DNA of 64,000 bases from Candidatus Amesbacteria bacterium (GCA_027331445.1 DAHWUD010000002.1:77018-141017); one strand, 5' to 3'; counted from the stretch's first letter, positions 1 through 9,702 are shown. Translations and numbers: made by a program. The notes: generated from the letters alone by a model not told the origin.

Positions 1-1080
1 GTAATTCAAAAATATGCTCCCCAGGTTGCAGGCGTCAAACGGATACAATGGCTGCTCACCGCATGGATTGGTACTCTCCACCTTCCACCCTTCTTTTCTG
101 ATCGGGTTGGCCGGGCTGTCATTGATACGGTCGATAAACACCAATCCCGGGTCTCCCGTCTTCCACGCCCCGGCGGCAATCTCCTCCCACACTTTCCTGG
201 CCGACAATCTCCCCGTCACTTCCCCGCTTTGCGGCGCCACTAATTCATAGTCCTCATCTTTTGCCAGCGCCTCCATAAATTTATCCGTAATCGTCACCGA
301 AATATTAAAATTCGTGATCCCTCCGTTATCCTTGCAGTGGATAAATTCCAGAATATCCGGGTGATCCACTCTTAAAATCCCCATATTTGCCCCCCTTCGC
401 ATCCCGCCCTGTTTAATTTGTTGGGTCGCCTCGTTATACACCCGCATAAACGACACCGGCCCCGAAGCCACTCCCATGGTCGACTTCACCCGTGACCCGG
501 CCGGCCGCAGTCGGCTAAAGGCAAACCCCGTCCCCCCTCCCGACTGGTGCACAATCCCCTGGTATTTCACCCCGTCGAAAATCCCCTCCAGGCTATCCGG
601 CACCGGGATCACATAACAAGCGCTGTACTGCAGACCGTTGCCTTTTCCTGCATTCATCAGCGTCGGGGAATTAGGCAAAAACCAGCGCTTCCCCATCAGC
701 TCGTAATATTCCCGGGCTTGCAGGATCACTTGCTCCCGCGTCTTCCCGTACTTTATCTCGGCACAGGCAATCTCCCAAGCCACCCTCCAGCACATCTCTT
801 CCACCGACTCCACCACCTTTCCCTCCGTATTTTTAAGAAAATATCTCTCCGCCAACACCCTCAGGGCCTGATCCGACCACTTCGGGAATTCTATGTCTTC
901 CGGCACCGGCGGCCTCGGCCCCGCCAGCTTTCTTATCCACTCCATCATTTCCGGGTACGCCAAACTTTCCCAATCAATCTTTCTGGCATCAATCTTCCCG
1001 TTTCCGTTTCCGTTAACATGCCCGTTAGTTTTCACTTCTGCAGCTTGTCGTCTGATTTTTTGCAACTTTAATTCAGCCAT
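1..1080 (-). CDS. nrdJ: Class II (adenosylcobalamin-dependent) ribonucleotide reductase, 5' part; runs off the window edge
   Basis: Manual translation from ATG 1080 gives FLPNSPTLMNAG, SACYV, GGGTG, ASGPVSF, RRGANMG, NFNISV and TNPCGEQPL; directly downstream of nrdR. Absent from the ORF track because it is truncated. Confidence 0.88.
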   Translation of the reverse strand, partial: MAELKLQKIRRQAAEVKTNGHVNGNGNGKIDARKIDWESLAYPEMMEWIRKLAGPRPPVPEDIEFPKWSDQALRVLAERYFLKNTEGKVVESVEEMCWRVAWEIACAEIKYGKTREQVILQAREYYELMGKRWFLPNSPTLMNAGKGNGLQYSACYVIPVPDSLEGIFDGVKYQGIVHQSGGGTGFAFSRLRPAGSRVKSTMGVASGPVSFMRVYNEATQQIKQGGMRRGANMGILRVDHPDILEFIHCKDNGGITNFNISVTITDKFMEALAKDEDYELVAPQSGEVTGRLSARKVWEEIAAGAWKTGDPGLVFIDRINDSPANPIRKEGWKVESTNPCGEQPLYPFDACNLGSIFLNY

Positions 1081-1097
1081 ATATATTACAAAAGAAA

Positions 1098-1547
1098 CTA
1101 ACTCACGATTTTATCCAATAACTTTTCAAACTGGGCTATATCTTCCAGCTCAAAATACACCGAGGCAAACCGCAACCAGGCTACCTTATCAATATTCCGG
1201 AGCCTTTTCAAGACCAGCTTTCCGATACTCACCGAGGTAATCTCCGACACTTCCTTCCGCCGGATTTCTCTTTCCACTTCATCCGCCAGGCGGGTAATGA
1301 GGTCGATGGATACCGGCCGCTTGTCAAACGACTTAATCACGCCTTTGACTATTTTTTCCCGGTCAAACGGCTGCCGGCTGCCGTCCCGCTTCACCACCCA
1401 CAAGGTCGGCCCTTCCACCCGCTCAAATGTCGTAAACCGCTTTTGGCACTTGCCGCATTCCCGCCGCCGCCGCAGCGTCTGGCCGTCCTCCGCCACCCGT
1501 GATTCGAGTACTGATGTTTCAGAATTTCCGCAAAACGGGCATTTCAT
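1098..1547 (-). CDS. nrdR: Transcriptional repressor NrdR
   Basis: MKCPFC zinc ribbon, RRRREC..C..RFTTFE, ATP cone, C-terminal AWLRFASVY. Confidence 0.97.
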   Translation of the reverse strand: MKCPFCGNSETSVLESRVAEDGQTLRRRRECGKCQKRFTTFERVEGPTLWVVKRDGSRQPFDREKIVKGVIKSFDKRPVSIDLITRLADEVEREIRRKEVSEITSVSIGKLVLKRLRNIDKVAWLRFASVYFELEDIAQFEKLLDKIVS

Positions 1548-1560
1548 ATATCAACTATCA

Positions 1561-1660
1561 AAACATGGGGTGTACCGGCAAATTCGCGCGCAGCGATCGG
1601 ATATTAAGCTTGACCTGCCTGTCGCCAGACAGGGCACGAATTTGCTTACACCGAGTGTTT
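1561..1660 (-). other. Long imperfect hairpin in the nrdR leader (copy 1 of a two-copy motif)
   Basis: Nested inverted repeats aaaca/tgttt, ggtgta/tacacc and gcaaattcg/cgaatttgc; core 1585-1603 is identical to 17524-17542. Confidence 0.7.
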
Positions 1661-1672
1661 CAGAAAACATTG

Positions 1673-1720
1673 CCACCATAGGTAGTGGCATCAATCACAT
1701 TAAACCCCTATATATCTACC
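1673..1720. promoter_or_regulatory. Tandem NrdR boxes
   Basis: ccaccataggtagtgg (1673-1688) and cccctatatatctacc (1705-1720) resemble acaCwAtATaTwGtgt, start 32 bp apart, and lie upstream of nrdR-nrdJ. Confidence 0.72.
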
Positions 1721-1751
1721 GTCAACTATTAATTAGTATATCAGAAGCTAT

Positions 1752-1771
1752 CCTGCCCGCCGGCAGGCAGG
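1752..1771. repeat. 20-bp palindromic mini-repeat
   Basis: cctgcccgccggcaggcagg; a related copy cctgcctgtcgccagacagg lies at 1614-1633. Confidence 0.7.
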
Positions 1772-1772
1772 T

Positions 1773-2423
1773 CTACTTACTCTCCCGCAATGCCTGAGTT
1801 ACACTCTGTCCCACCATTTGTGTCTCCGCCACCGTATTCATAATTGTTGTTTGGTCGCTTCCTGTCAGTCTTTCCTGCATCGTTTGTAGTAACTCCGTGT
1901 GTTTGGTGGCCGCCGATTGCAGCGTCAGCAGCTGGCTTTTTACATCCAAACCCTGTTTCTGCAAATCTATTACCCCGTTCGCACTCTGTTCCAGATACTT
2001 TTCTGCTTTCGTCGCCGTGGATACTCCCAGGCTGGACTTTCCCCCCTGCTCCAGCTCCCAGGCCGCATTCACCCGCTTGTCCGCGTACAGCAGCTCCAGC
2101 TGTGACTTTTTCAGCGGGTCGAAAGTCAGCCACAAGACTATCCTGTCCCGCACCATTTTCAGCTTATACAAAGGATTATCCGGCAAAATTCCCGGGTATG
2201 GTAAGTAGTATTCTACCGCCGGCGTCGGGCTTACGCTGGCCGAGGGCGTGGCCGCCACCTCCTTCGGAAATACCGCCGTGGGATTGGATACCGCCAGTAA
2301 TGACAGCACCAAAATTGCCACCCCGAACATCAGCGCCGCAAAACTTCCCCACGTCTTAGGTGAAAATATCCTGCCTTTGAGTAATTCCTGTGCCCGTAAC
2401 CCCTCCGTTTTCCCTTCTTGCAT
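1773..2423 (-). CDS. Membrane-anchored DUF5667-like protein
   Basis: One TM helix followed by YYLPYPGILPDNPLYKLK...ADKR; the start could alternatively be 2444. Confidence 0.75.
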   Translation of the reverse strand: MQEGKTEGLRAQELLKGRIFSPKTWGSFAALMFGVAILVLSLLAVSNPTAVFPKEVAATPSASVSPTPAVEYYLPYPGILPDNPLYKLKMVRDRIVLWLTFDPLKKSQLELLYADKRVNAAWELEQGGKSSLGVSTATKAEKYLEQSANGVIDLQKQGLDVKSQLLTLQSAATKHTELLQTMQERLTGSDQTTIMNTVAETQMVGQSVTQALRESK

Positions 2424-2485
2424 AGCTACCCATAAGTATGACACATGCTGTCAACCCGTGGCAACACAAACCATATCATTCACTC

Positions 2486-2983
2486 TCACCCGATCCTGCA
2501 CCCCACCAGACACTCTTCCATCATGTCCTCGATTTCCCCCACGATCTCTTTTGCCTGTTCCCAGGTTATCGCCTCATGGTAATTGGGGAAATAATGAAAA
2601 ATCCTGTTTCTCCCCTTCCGCCATACTTCCCACATTTTCATCGGCAGTTCCTCCCCGCCGCAGCTGTTCATCAATTTCCCGTATACCCATCCCGACCGAT
2701 ATCTCTTGGGTAGCGTCGGCGACAGCGCCCTCCCGATCCGGAAATGTTCCCCGAAATACTGCTGCCGGGTAATCAGTTCCATATCCAAAAATAACTTTTT
2801 CAAAAACCCTTCATACGCTTTGGCCGCCGGAAACACTATAAACGAATAATCTTTATACTCCGCGCTCCCTCCTCCTTCCGCCCTCGCCCGCTCCCGTTCG
2901 ATCAGATCATTACTCTGCTTGATCAACTCCCGCATCTCCTGTTCTACATAACCCCACCAGCCGAATTCCTCCAAATTCTTCAT
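2486..2983 (-). CDS. Stand-alone RnlA/RNase LS-like HEPN-domain protein
   Basis: DYSFIVFPAAKAYEGFLK and an RxxxxH motif (RNRIFH). Confidence 0.6.
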   Translation of the reverse strand: MKNLEEFGWWGYVEQEMRELIKQSNDLIERERARAEGGGSAEYKDYSFIVFPAAKAYEGFLKKLFLDMELITRQQYFGEHFRIGRALSPTLPKRYRSGWVYGKLMNSCGGEELPMKMWEVWRKGRNRIFHYFPNYHEAITWEQAKEIVGEIEDMMEECLVGCRIG

Positions 2984-2990
2984 CTCTTAG

Positions 2991-3203
2991 CTATTGCCCC
3001 CACAAATGGAAGAATCCTCCGATTACCATCACCACCGCCAGCCCCAGCCACCCCAATACGAATATCACCACCGCCTTTAATATCCAGTCCAGGATCTTTT
3101 CTTCCTGAGGGTCCAGCGCGTTTTCCTCCGCCGGTTTTACCTCCGCCTCCGGCTTATTTACACCCTTCACCTCTCCTGCTCTCAGGCTCTTTTTTACTGC
3201 CAT
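2991..3203 (-). CDS. Small membrane protein
   Basis: 70 aa, charged N-terminus and C-terminal TM helix; fills the gap between neighbours. Confidence 0.7.
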   Translation of the reverse strand: MAVKKSLRAGEVKGVNKPEAEVKPAEENALDPQEEKILDWILKAVVIFVLGWLGLAVVMVIGGFFHLWGQ

Positions 3204-3243
3204 ATCTGCTCAATAATATCTCCCCTCAGGGTATAATTCAATA

Positions 3244-5604
3244 ATGAGCCCTAAAAAATCTGCCCCTGTCTCCTTTTTTGACCTTGCCCGCCGGCGCCAG
3301 GAACTCAAAAAAAACGGTGCCGCCCTGGTCAAGCACCTCAAAAAATCCCCTATCTATACCCGCTTTGCTACCCGCCGTTATGTGCTCCTGACCCTTATCG
3401 TCTGTCTTCTCGCCTACCTGACCTATATTTATTGGGGTCTCCCCAATCCCCACGATCTCACAGCCATTCCCTCTCCGGCCTCCACCAAACTCCTGGACCG
3501 TCACGGCCGCCTCCTCTATGAAATTTTCGTCAAGGAGCGCCGCACTCCCATCCAGCTCTCCACTCTTCCGACTTACGCCTGGCAGGCCACTCTCGCCGCC
3601 GAAGATAAAAGCTTCTACCAGCACGGTGGCTTCTCCATCCCGGGTATCGCCCGGGCCTTCATCAACACTTTCTTCCACGGCCAGCTCCAGGGTGGCTCCA
3701 CCATCACCCAGCAGCTGGTCCGCACTGCCCTTCTGAACCAGAATCGCACTATCAGAAGAAAACTCCGGGAATTCACCTTAAGCATCATCGTGGAAACTCT
3801 CTACTCTAAAGACCAGATTTTGGAGATGTACTTAAACCGGGTGCCTTACGGCGGCACCGCTTATGGCCTGGAAGCCGCCTCGGAAACTTATTTCGGCAAA
3901 CCCGCCGCCAATCTGACTTTAGCCCAGGCCGCCCTTCTGGCCGGCCTCACCCAAGCCCCCTCTTACTATTCTCCTTTTGGCAGCCACCCCGAATTGGCTA
4001 GGGTCCGGCAAAAGTACGTCCTGGACCAGATGCTGGCCGACCACTTCATTACCGCGTCTCAGTACGCCTCTGCCTCCGCCGAGACCATTGTCTATGCCCC
4101 CACCCCCAGCATCAAAGCCCCTCATTTTTCCCTCTGGGTCAAGGATCTTCTAACTCAGAAATACGGCCTCGCTACCGTAGAGCAAGGCGGTCTGGTCGTT
4201 ACCACCACTCTGGATCTTGACCTGCAGAATTTTGCTCAGGATGCGGTGGCCACTGAAATCGCCCGCCTGAAAAATGAGCATGTCGGCAATGGCGACGCCC
4301 TGGTCACCCATCCCAAAACCGGTGAGATTCTCGCCATGGTCGGTTCCAAAGACTACTTCGACACGGCCGACAACGGCAACGTCAATGTCGTCTTAAGCCA
4401 GCGCCAACCCGGTTCTTCCATCAAACCCGTCAATTACGCTATCGCCATTGACCGCCACCTCTTAACCGCCTCTTCCTTACTGGCCGACAAACCCACCTGC
4501 TTTCTGCAAGCCGATCAAAAACCTTACTGCCCCGTCAACTACGACAACCAATTTCATGGCCCCACCCAGGTCCGTTTTGCTTTGGGCAATTCCTTCAACA
4601 TCCCCGCCGTCAAAGCCCTGACCATCAACGGCCTGACCGATTTTGTCGCCTCCTCCTCGGCTTTTGGCATCACCACCTTCACCCAGCCGGAAAAATACGG
4701 TCCCTCCATTACTTTGGGCGGAGCTGAAGTCACCATGCTGGACCTGTCCACTGCCTACTCTGTTCTAGCCAATACCGGCCAGCGCGTCGATCCTGACCCC
4801 ATTCTCGAAGTTCGCAACGACCGCGGCCAGGTTTTGCAGCAGGCCCCCATGAAAACCATCTCTCCGGAGGCTGCCGCGAAAACCAATCCCTACGACCTCA
4901 TTACCATCGACGGCCAAAATTATGTATCCGCCCCCCGCTCCAACGTCCGGGTCATCTCCCAAGGCGCCGCCTTCATCGTTTCCCACATCCTTTATGACAA
5001 CAGCGCCCGCTCCGCCACCTTCGGCCCCGTTTCTTATCTCAATGTCTCCAAACATCCTGAAGTTTCCGTCAAGACCGGTACCACCAACGACAAACGCGAC
5101 AACTGGACCATCGGTTACAACCCGGACATTCTGGCTGCCGTCTGGGTCGGCAACAACGACAACACCCCCATGAGCGCCATCGCCTCCGGCATCACCGGCG
5201 CCTCCCCCATCTGGAACAAAATTATGACTTATGCCCTGAGAAACTATCCCCAGAACTGGCCCCATCAGCCCGCCGACGTTTCCGGAGCTCTTGTCTGTTC
5301 TATTTCCGGTCTTAAGGCCCCGGACAATCCCGATTCTTCCTGTTCACCCCGTTATGAATACTTCATCAATGGCACTATTCCTCCGACCGACCCCGGCATC
5401 CATCATGATATTCCCATTTACAAGCCCACCCAATCTCCCGCTACCCGCCAGCAGCAGCTCCAGGACCCCGGCAATATTGAAATTCAAAATCACTCCGTCG
5501 TCTGGGACGCCCTCGGTATTCCTTTATGTCTTGACTGTGCCGGCGGCAACGGCCCCCCCGACAACATTCAGTTGGATCAAAACGGAAAAGCGCTTCCCTT
5601 CTGA
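3244..5604 (+). CDS. Class A penicillin-binding protein (PBP1A family)
   Basis: EDKSFY, GGSTITQQL, RKLRE, LEMYLN; transpeptidase motifs SSIK, SFN, KTGT. Confidence 0.95.
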   Translation: MSPKKSAPVSFFDLARRRQELKKNGAALVKHLKKSPIYTRFATRRYVLLTLIVCLLAYLTYIYWGLPNPHDLTAIPSPASTKLLDRHGRLLYEIFVKERRTPIQLSTLPTYAWQATLAAEDKSFYQHGGFSIPGIARAFINTFFHGQLQGGSTITQQLVRTALLNQNRTIRRKLREFTLSIIVETLYSKDQILEMYLNRVPYGGTAYGLEAASETYFGKPAANLTLAQAALLAGLTQAPSYYSPFGSHPELARVRQKYVLDQMLADHFITASQYASASAETIVYAPTPSIKAPHFSLWVKDLLTQKYGLATVEQGGLVVTTTLDLDLQNFAQDAVATEIARLKNEHVGNGDALVTHPKTGEILAMVGSKDYFDTADNGNVNVVLSQRQPGSSIKPVNYAIAIDRHLLTASSLLADKPTCFLQADQKPYCPVNYDNQFHGPTQVRFALGNSFNIPAVKALTINGLTDFVASSSAFGITTFTQPEKYGPSITLGGAEVTMLDLSTAYSVLANTGQRVDPDPILEVRNDRGQVLQQAPMKTISPEAAAKTNPYDLITIDGQNYVSAPRSNVRVISQGAAFIVSHILYDNSARSATFGPVSYLNVSKHPEVSVKTGTTNDKRDNWTIGYNPDILAAVWVGNNDNTPMSAIASGITGASPIWNKIMTYALRNYPQNWPHQPADVSGALVCSISGLKAPDNPDSSCSPRYEYFINGTIPPTDPGIHHDIPIYKPTQSPATRQQQLQDPGNIEIQNHSVVWDALGIPLCLDCAGGNGPPDNIQLDQNGKALPF

Positions 5605-5661
5605 TAAATCTCCTTCTTGTAGCCCGGCAGTAACAAAAATATAATCCGCCCCAGGACAGAC

Positions 5662-7863
5662 ATGCTTAAGTCTTTTTTAAAGGGCTTTTATCCCGCGGCC
5701 CGCCTACTTTCATCAATTAAATTCCGCCGTCCCCCCAAATCTTTTTTTGTGGTTTTTTTTCTTCTCCTGCTGCTGTCCGTTTTCTCCGTCTTCACTTATT
5801 TCTATGTCTTTAAGGATCTGCCCTCGCCCCAGTCCCTCGCCACCGTTCCCCTTCCCCTGACCACTCATATCCGCGATAGAAACGGAGTTGAACTTTACAA
5901 AATATACAGTAATCAAAACCGCACCCTGGTTAAACTGTCAGACCTGCCTCCCTACCTGCGGGAAGCCGTCATCAGCATCGAGGACAAGGACTTCTATCAC
6001 AACCGGGGTTTTTCTGTCCCGGGCATTATCCGCGCCCTCTACTCCAATCTCGCCTGCTCCGTCGACAAAAATCAATGTTCCCTGCAGGGTGGTTCCACCA
6101 TCACCCAGCAATTGGTCAAAACTTCCCTTCTCTCTCCCGAAAGAACCATCCGCCGCAAACTTCGCGAGTTGGTTCTCTCTGTCATCGTCGAATCTCTCTA
6201 TTCCAAAGATCAGATCCTGGAAATGTACTTAAACCGCGTCAGCTTCGGCGGTTCCTCTTATGGCATTGAAGAAGCCTCCCAGACTTACTTTGGCCTCCCC
6301 GCCTCGCAGCTCGACCTGGCCCAATCCGCCCTCCTGGCCGGATTGCCCGCTTCCCCCACCACCTATTCCCCCTTCGGCAGTCACCCGGACTTAGCCAAAG
6401 CCCGCCAGCAGGAAGTCCTTCGCCGTATGGTCCAGGATGGCTATATTACCTGGGACCAGGCCCAATCTGCCAGCGCCGAAGACTTGAAATTCAAACCCCC
6501 GGGAGGCACCATCCTCGCTCCCCACTTCGTCATGTATGTCAAAGAGCTCCTGGCCCAAAAATATGGCTCCGACGTGGTCGAACAGGGCGGCTTAGACGTC
6601 ACCACCTCACTGGATTTATCCACCCAGGAATTAGCCCAGCAGGTCGTCTCCCAGGAAATCGCCAAAATTCAGTATTTGCATATTACCAACGGCGCAGCCT
6701 TGGTCACCCGGCCGGCTACGGGTGAAATTCTCGCCATGGTCGGCTCCCGCGACTATTTCGATATCGCTCATGACGGGAATGTCAATGTCACCCTTTCCCC
6801 CCGCCAGCCCGGTTCTTCTATTAAACCGGTTAATTATTCTCTGGCCTTCAGCCGGGGCTTTACCCCGGCCAGCATTATCGACGATTCCCCCATCACTTAT
6901 TCCACTCCCGGCCAGCCCCCGTACACCCCCATCAACTACGACAACCGCTTCCATGGCCGGGTAACTTTAAGAACCGCCCTGGCTAATAGTTACAATATCC
7001 CCGCCGTAAAACTGGAAGCCGCCAATGGCGTTGTTAACATGGCTGCCCTGGGCCAAAAAATGGGCATTACCACCTGGACCGATCCTTCCCGCTTCGGCCT
7101 GGCCCTGACTCTGGGCAGTAATGAAGTCACCATGGCCGACATGGCCGTAGTTTATGGGGTCCTGGCCAACAGCGGCGCCCGGGTTGACCTCCATCCCATC
7201 CTCTCCGTTAAAGATTCTCAGGGCCATGTCCTGGAAGAACTCCGTTGTCCCACTAAATCGGAGGCCTCCCTGACATCTGCCCTCTTTTTTCCGCCGGTTC
7301 TGGCTGCCCAGGCCTCGGCCACGGAAATTACTTCCTGTCCCAGCGAGCAGGTCATCTCCCCCGGCGTAGCCTTCCTGGTTACCGACATTCTTACCGATAA
7401 CACCGCCCGTACCCCTACCTTCGGCGCCAATTCCCTTCTCAAAATTCCCGGCCACACCGTCGCCGTTAAAACCGGCACCACCAACAACCTGCGCGACAAC
7501 TGGACCATTGGCTTCACCCCCAATATCCTGGTCGCGGCCTGGGTGGGTAACAATGACAATACCCCCATGAGTTACGTGGCTTCCGGCATCACCGGCGCTT
7601 CCCCTATCTGGAACCGCATCATCACTCCCCTCATCCAAGACCAGCCCGATGCCCCCTTTGTTCCCCCACCCGATATCATCAAAGTCAACGTCTGTACCTT
7701 AACCGGCCAGCTCGCCTGCGGTTCCTGCCCCACCCGCGCTGAATATTTCCTCTCGGGCACCCAACCCCGGACTGCCTGTACGGGCGACCAAATCAAGCAG
7801 ATTTTAGACAAAAGTGCGGCCCCCCGTGATAAACTTCTCAACGGAGCCTCCATTGGCTTCTAG
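5662..7863 (+). CDS. Class A penicillin-binding protein (tandem paralog)
   Basis: EDKDFY, GGSTITQQL, SSIK, SYN, KTGT. Confidence 0.95.
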   Translation: MLKSFLKGFYPAARLLSSIKFRRPPKSFFVVFFLLLLLSVFSVFTYFYVFKDLPSPQSLATVPLPLTTHIRDRNGVELYKIYSNQNRTLVKLSDLPPYLREAVISIEDKDFYHNRGFSVPGIIRALYSNLACSVDKNQCSLQGGSTITQQLVKTSLLSPERTIRRKLRELVLSVIVESLYSKDQILEMYLNRVSFGGSSYGIEEASQTYFGLPASQLDLAQSALLAGLPASPTTYSPFGSHPDLAKARQQEVLRRMVQDGYITWDQAQSASAEDLKFKPPGGTILAPHFVMYVKELLAQKYGSDVVEQGGLDVTTSLDLSTQELAQQVVSQEIAKIQYLHITNGAALVTRPATGEILAMVGSRDYFDIAHDGNVNVTLSPRQPGSSIKPVNYSLAFSRGFTPASIIDDSPITYSTPGQPPYTPINYDNRFHGRVTLRTALANSYNIPAVKLEAANGVVNMAALGQKMGITTWTDPSRFGLALTLGSNEVTMADMAVVYGVLANSGARVDLHPILSVKDSQGHVLEELRCPTKSEASLTSALFFPPVLAAQASATEITSCPSEQVISPGVAFLVTDILTDNTARTPTFGANSLLKIPGHTVAVKTGTTNNLRDNWTIGFTPNILVAAWVGNNDNTPMSYVASGITGASPIWNRIITPLIQDQPDAPFVPPPDIIKVNVCTLTGQLACGSCPTRAEYFLSGTQPRTACTGDQIKQILDKSAAPRDKLLNGASIGF

Positions 7864-7868
7864 TCCCT

Positions 7869-8579
7869 ATGTACCAAAAACACACCCTTACGGCTATCGT
7901 TCCCTGTTTCAACGAGGTTTCCCGCATCTCCCGTATCCTCACTCCGCTGGCAGCTTCCCGGTTTGTGGATGAAATCATCGTCGTCGACGACGGCTCGACC
8001 GACCGCACACCCGAATTTGTCCGCCGCTCTTATCCCCGAGTCCACCTCATCCGCAACTCCCGTAACCGCGGCAAGTCTGCCGCCATTTTTAAAGGTGTTT
8101 CCGCCTCCCGCTCCGAGGCCGTCTTTTTCATTGATGCTGACCTCATCGGCCTGACCGCCTCTCACATCGATACTGCCGTCGCCGTCTTTTTTAAAAACCG
8201 CCTGGATATGCTCCTTCTACCTGTCCGAAGTGAGCATTTTAACGTCTACTATCAGGCCGTCGGCTGGAACATCATGGCCACCGGTGAGCGCATCGTCAAA
8301 AAAAGCCTTCTTATTCCCCACCTTCACGCCCCCCTCACCGGCTACGCCCTGGAAATGTTCTTAAACCATCTGGCAGTTATCCACAACTGGAAAACGGATA
8401 TCATCTTTTGGAAACCGGGTCAGCCCGCTCCCGTCAGCCCGTCCAAATCCAAAAAAATCGGCCTGCTTCAGGGTGTCTGGGGCGACATCAAAATGTTAAA
8501 CGAGGTCTTTCATCAGGCCAATGTATTAGAATACCTTAAGGATCTTAATTTCCTGGTCATTCGTAATTCTCATCACTGA
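7869..8579 (+). CDS. GT2 family glycosyltransferase
   Basis: IVPCFNE, VVDDGSTD, FIDAD. Confidence 0.9.
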   Translation: MYQKHTLTAIVPCFNEVSRISRILTPLAASRFVDEIIVVDDGSTDRTPEFVRRSYPRVHLIRNSRNRGKSAAIFKGVSASRSEAVFFIDADLIGLTASHIDTAVAVFFKNRLDMLLLPVRSEHFNVYYQAVGWNIMATGERIVKKSLLIPHLHAPLTGYALEMFLNHLAVIHNWKTDIIFWKPGQPAPVSPSKSKKIGLLQGVWGDIKMLNEVFHQANVLEYLKDLNFLVIRNSHH

Positions 8580-8580
8580 C

Positions 8581-9702
8581 ATGACAAAAGTTTCCCTTCT
8601 CTATGCCAAATCCGGCGGCGGGCATCTCAGTTTAGCTACAGCAACCGCCCAGGCCCTGGATAAGTACTATCCCGGAAAATTCACTTACACTTTTTTTGAT
8701 CCCTTTCCGGCCATCACCGCCACTGCCTACAAGCGGTTGAGTATCCAGATGCAGCAGCTGTGGAAATTTTCCTACGAGGCCACCAACACCCCTCAATTTT
8801 CTTCTTTCATCCACGACATCACCAACCTCACCCTCACCGACAAGCTCGTCGCCCATTTCAAAAAATACCGTCCGGATATCATCGTTACCAACAATCCCTT
8901 AATTACCACGGAAATGCAATCCGCCCTCACCAAATCCGGCATTACCGCCAAAACCGTGGTCATCTTCGCCGATCCCTTTACCGCCCATGAAACCTGGTTC
9001 AACTATAAAACCGCCGACCTCTATCTTTCCCCCACCCCCGAAGTCACCCGGCTGGCCATCGACCACTACCTTCCCGCCTCCAAGATCCAAACCACCGGCT
9101 GGCTCACCCGGGACCAGTTCATCCCCGGCCCCTGTGACAAAACCACTGCCCGCACTCACCTCGGCCTCAATCCCGGCTTATTTACCGTTTTTGTCGGCGG
9201 CGGAGGTCAGGGCGGCGGTAAGGTTTATGCCGTTTGCGAAGCCATCTTAAGCCACCCTTATCTCCTGTCCCACAGCCAGCTTATCGTCAATACCGGTATC
9301 AATTCCCAACTCGTCACCAAAATCATGAAACTTGCCCAGATTATCCCCTCCTTTTTTTATATCATTCCCCTGGCCCACAATATGCACACCCTTTTAAGTG
9401 CCAGCGACTTAGTCGTCGGTAAAGCCGGACCCAATTTCCTCTTCGAATCCGTCCATACCCTGCGTCCGCTCTTGGCCACCGGCTGCCTTCCCGGCCAGGA
9501 AGAAGGCAACCTGGACTTTATTAGGAAAGCCAAAATCGGCTGGGTCGAGGAAAACCCGGATAAAGCTGCCGCTTTAATTGACAAAATTGCCCGCCGCCCC
9601 GATTCCTTAGCCGCTTTTACTCCCCGCCTCCGGGAGGTTAAATCCCAAAATATTGATTCCGCCAGGCATATCGCCGACGCCGTCGCCGGATTAGTCCTAT
9701 GA
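8581..9702 (+). CDS. MGDG synthase/UgtP-like GT28 glycosyltransferase
   Basis: GGGH, GGGQG, KAGP, PGQEEGN. Confidence 0.85.
   Translation: MTKVSLLYAKSGGGHLSLATATAQALDKYYPGKFTYTFFDPFPAITATAYKRLSIQMQQLWKFSYEATNTPQFSSFIHDITNLTLTDKLVAHFKKYRPDIIVTNNPLITTEMQSALTKSGITAKTVVIFADPFTAHETWFNYKTADLYLSPTPEVTRLAIDHYLPASKIQTTGWLTRDQFIPGPCDKTTARTHLGLNPGLFTVFVGGGGQGGGKVYAVCEAILSHPYLLSHSQLIVNTGINSQLVTKIMKLAQIIPSFFYIIPLAHNMHTLLSASDLVVGKAGPNFLFESVHTLRPLLATGCLPGQEEGNLDFIRKAKIGWVEENPDKAAALIDKIARRPDSLAAFTPRLREVKSQNIDSARHIADAVAGLVL

Noticed and set aside
14-1240. Plus-strand ORFs in the track
   Set aside because: Antisense shadows of nrdJ and nrdR.
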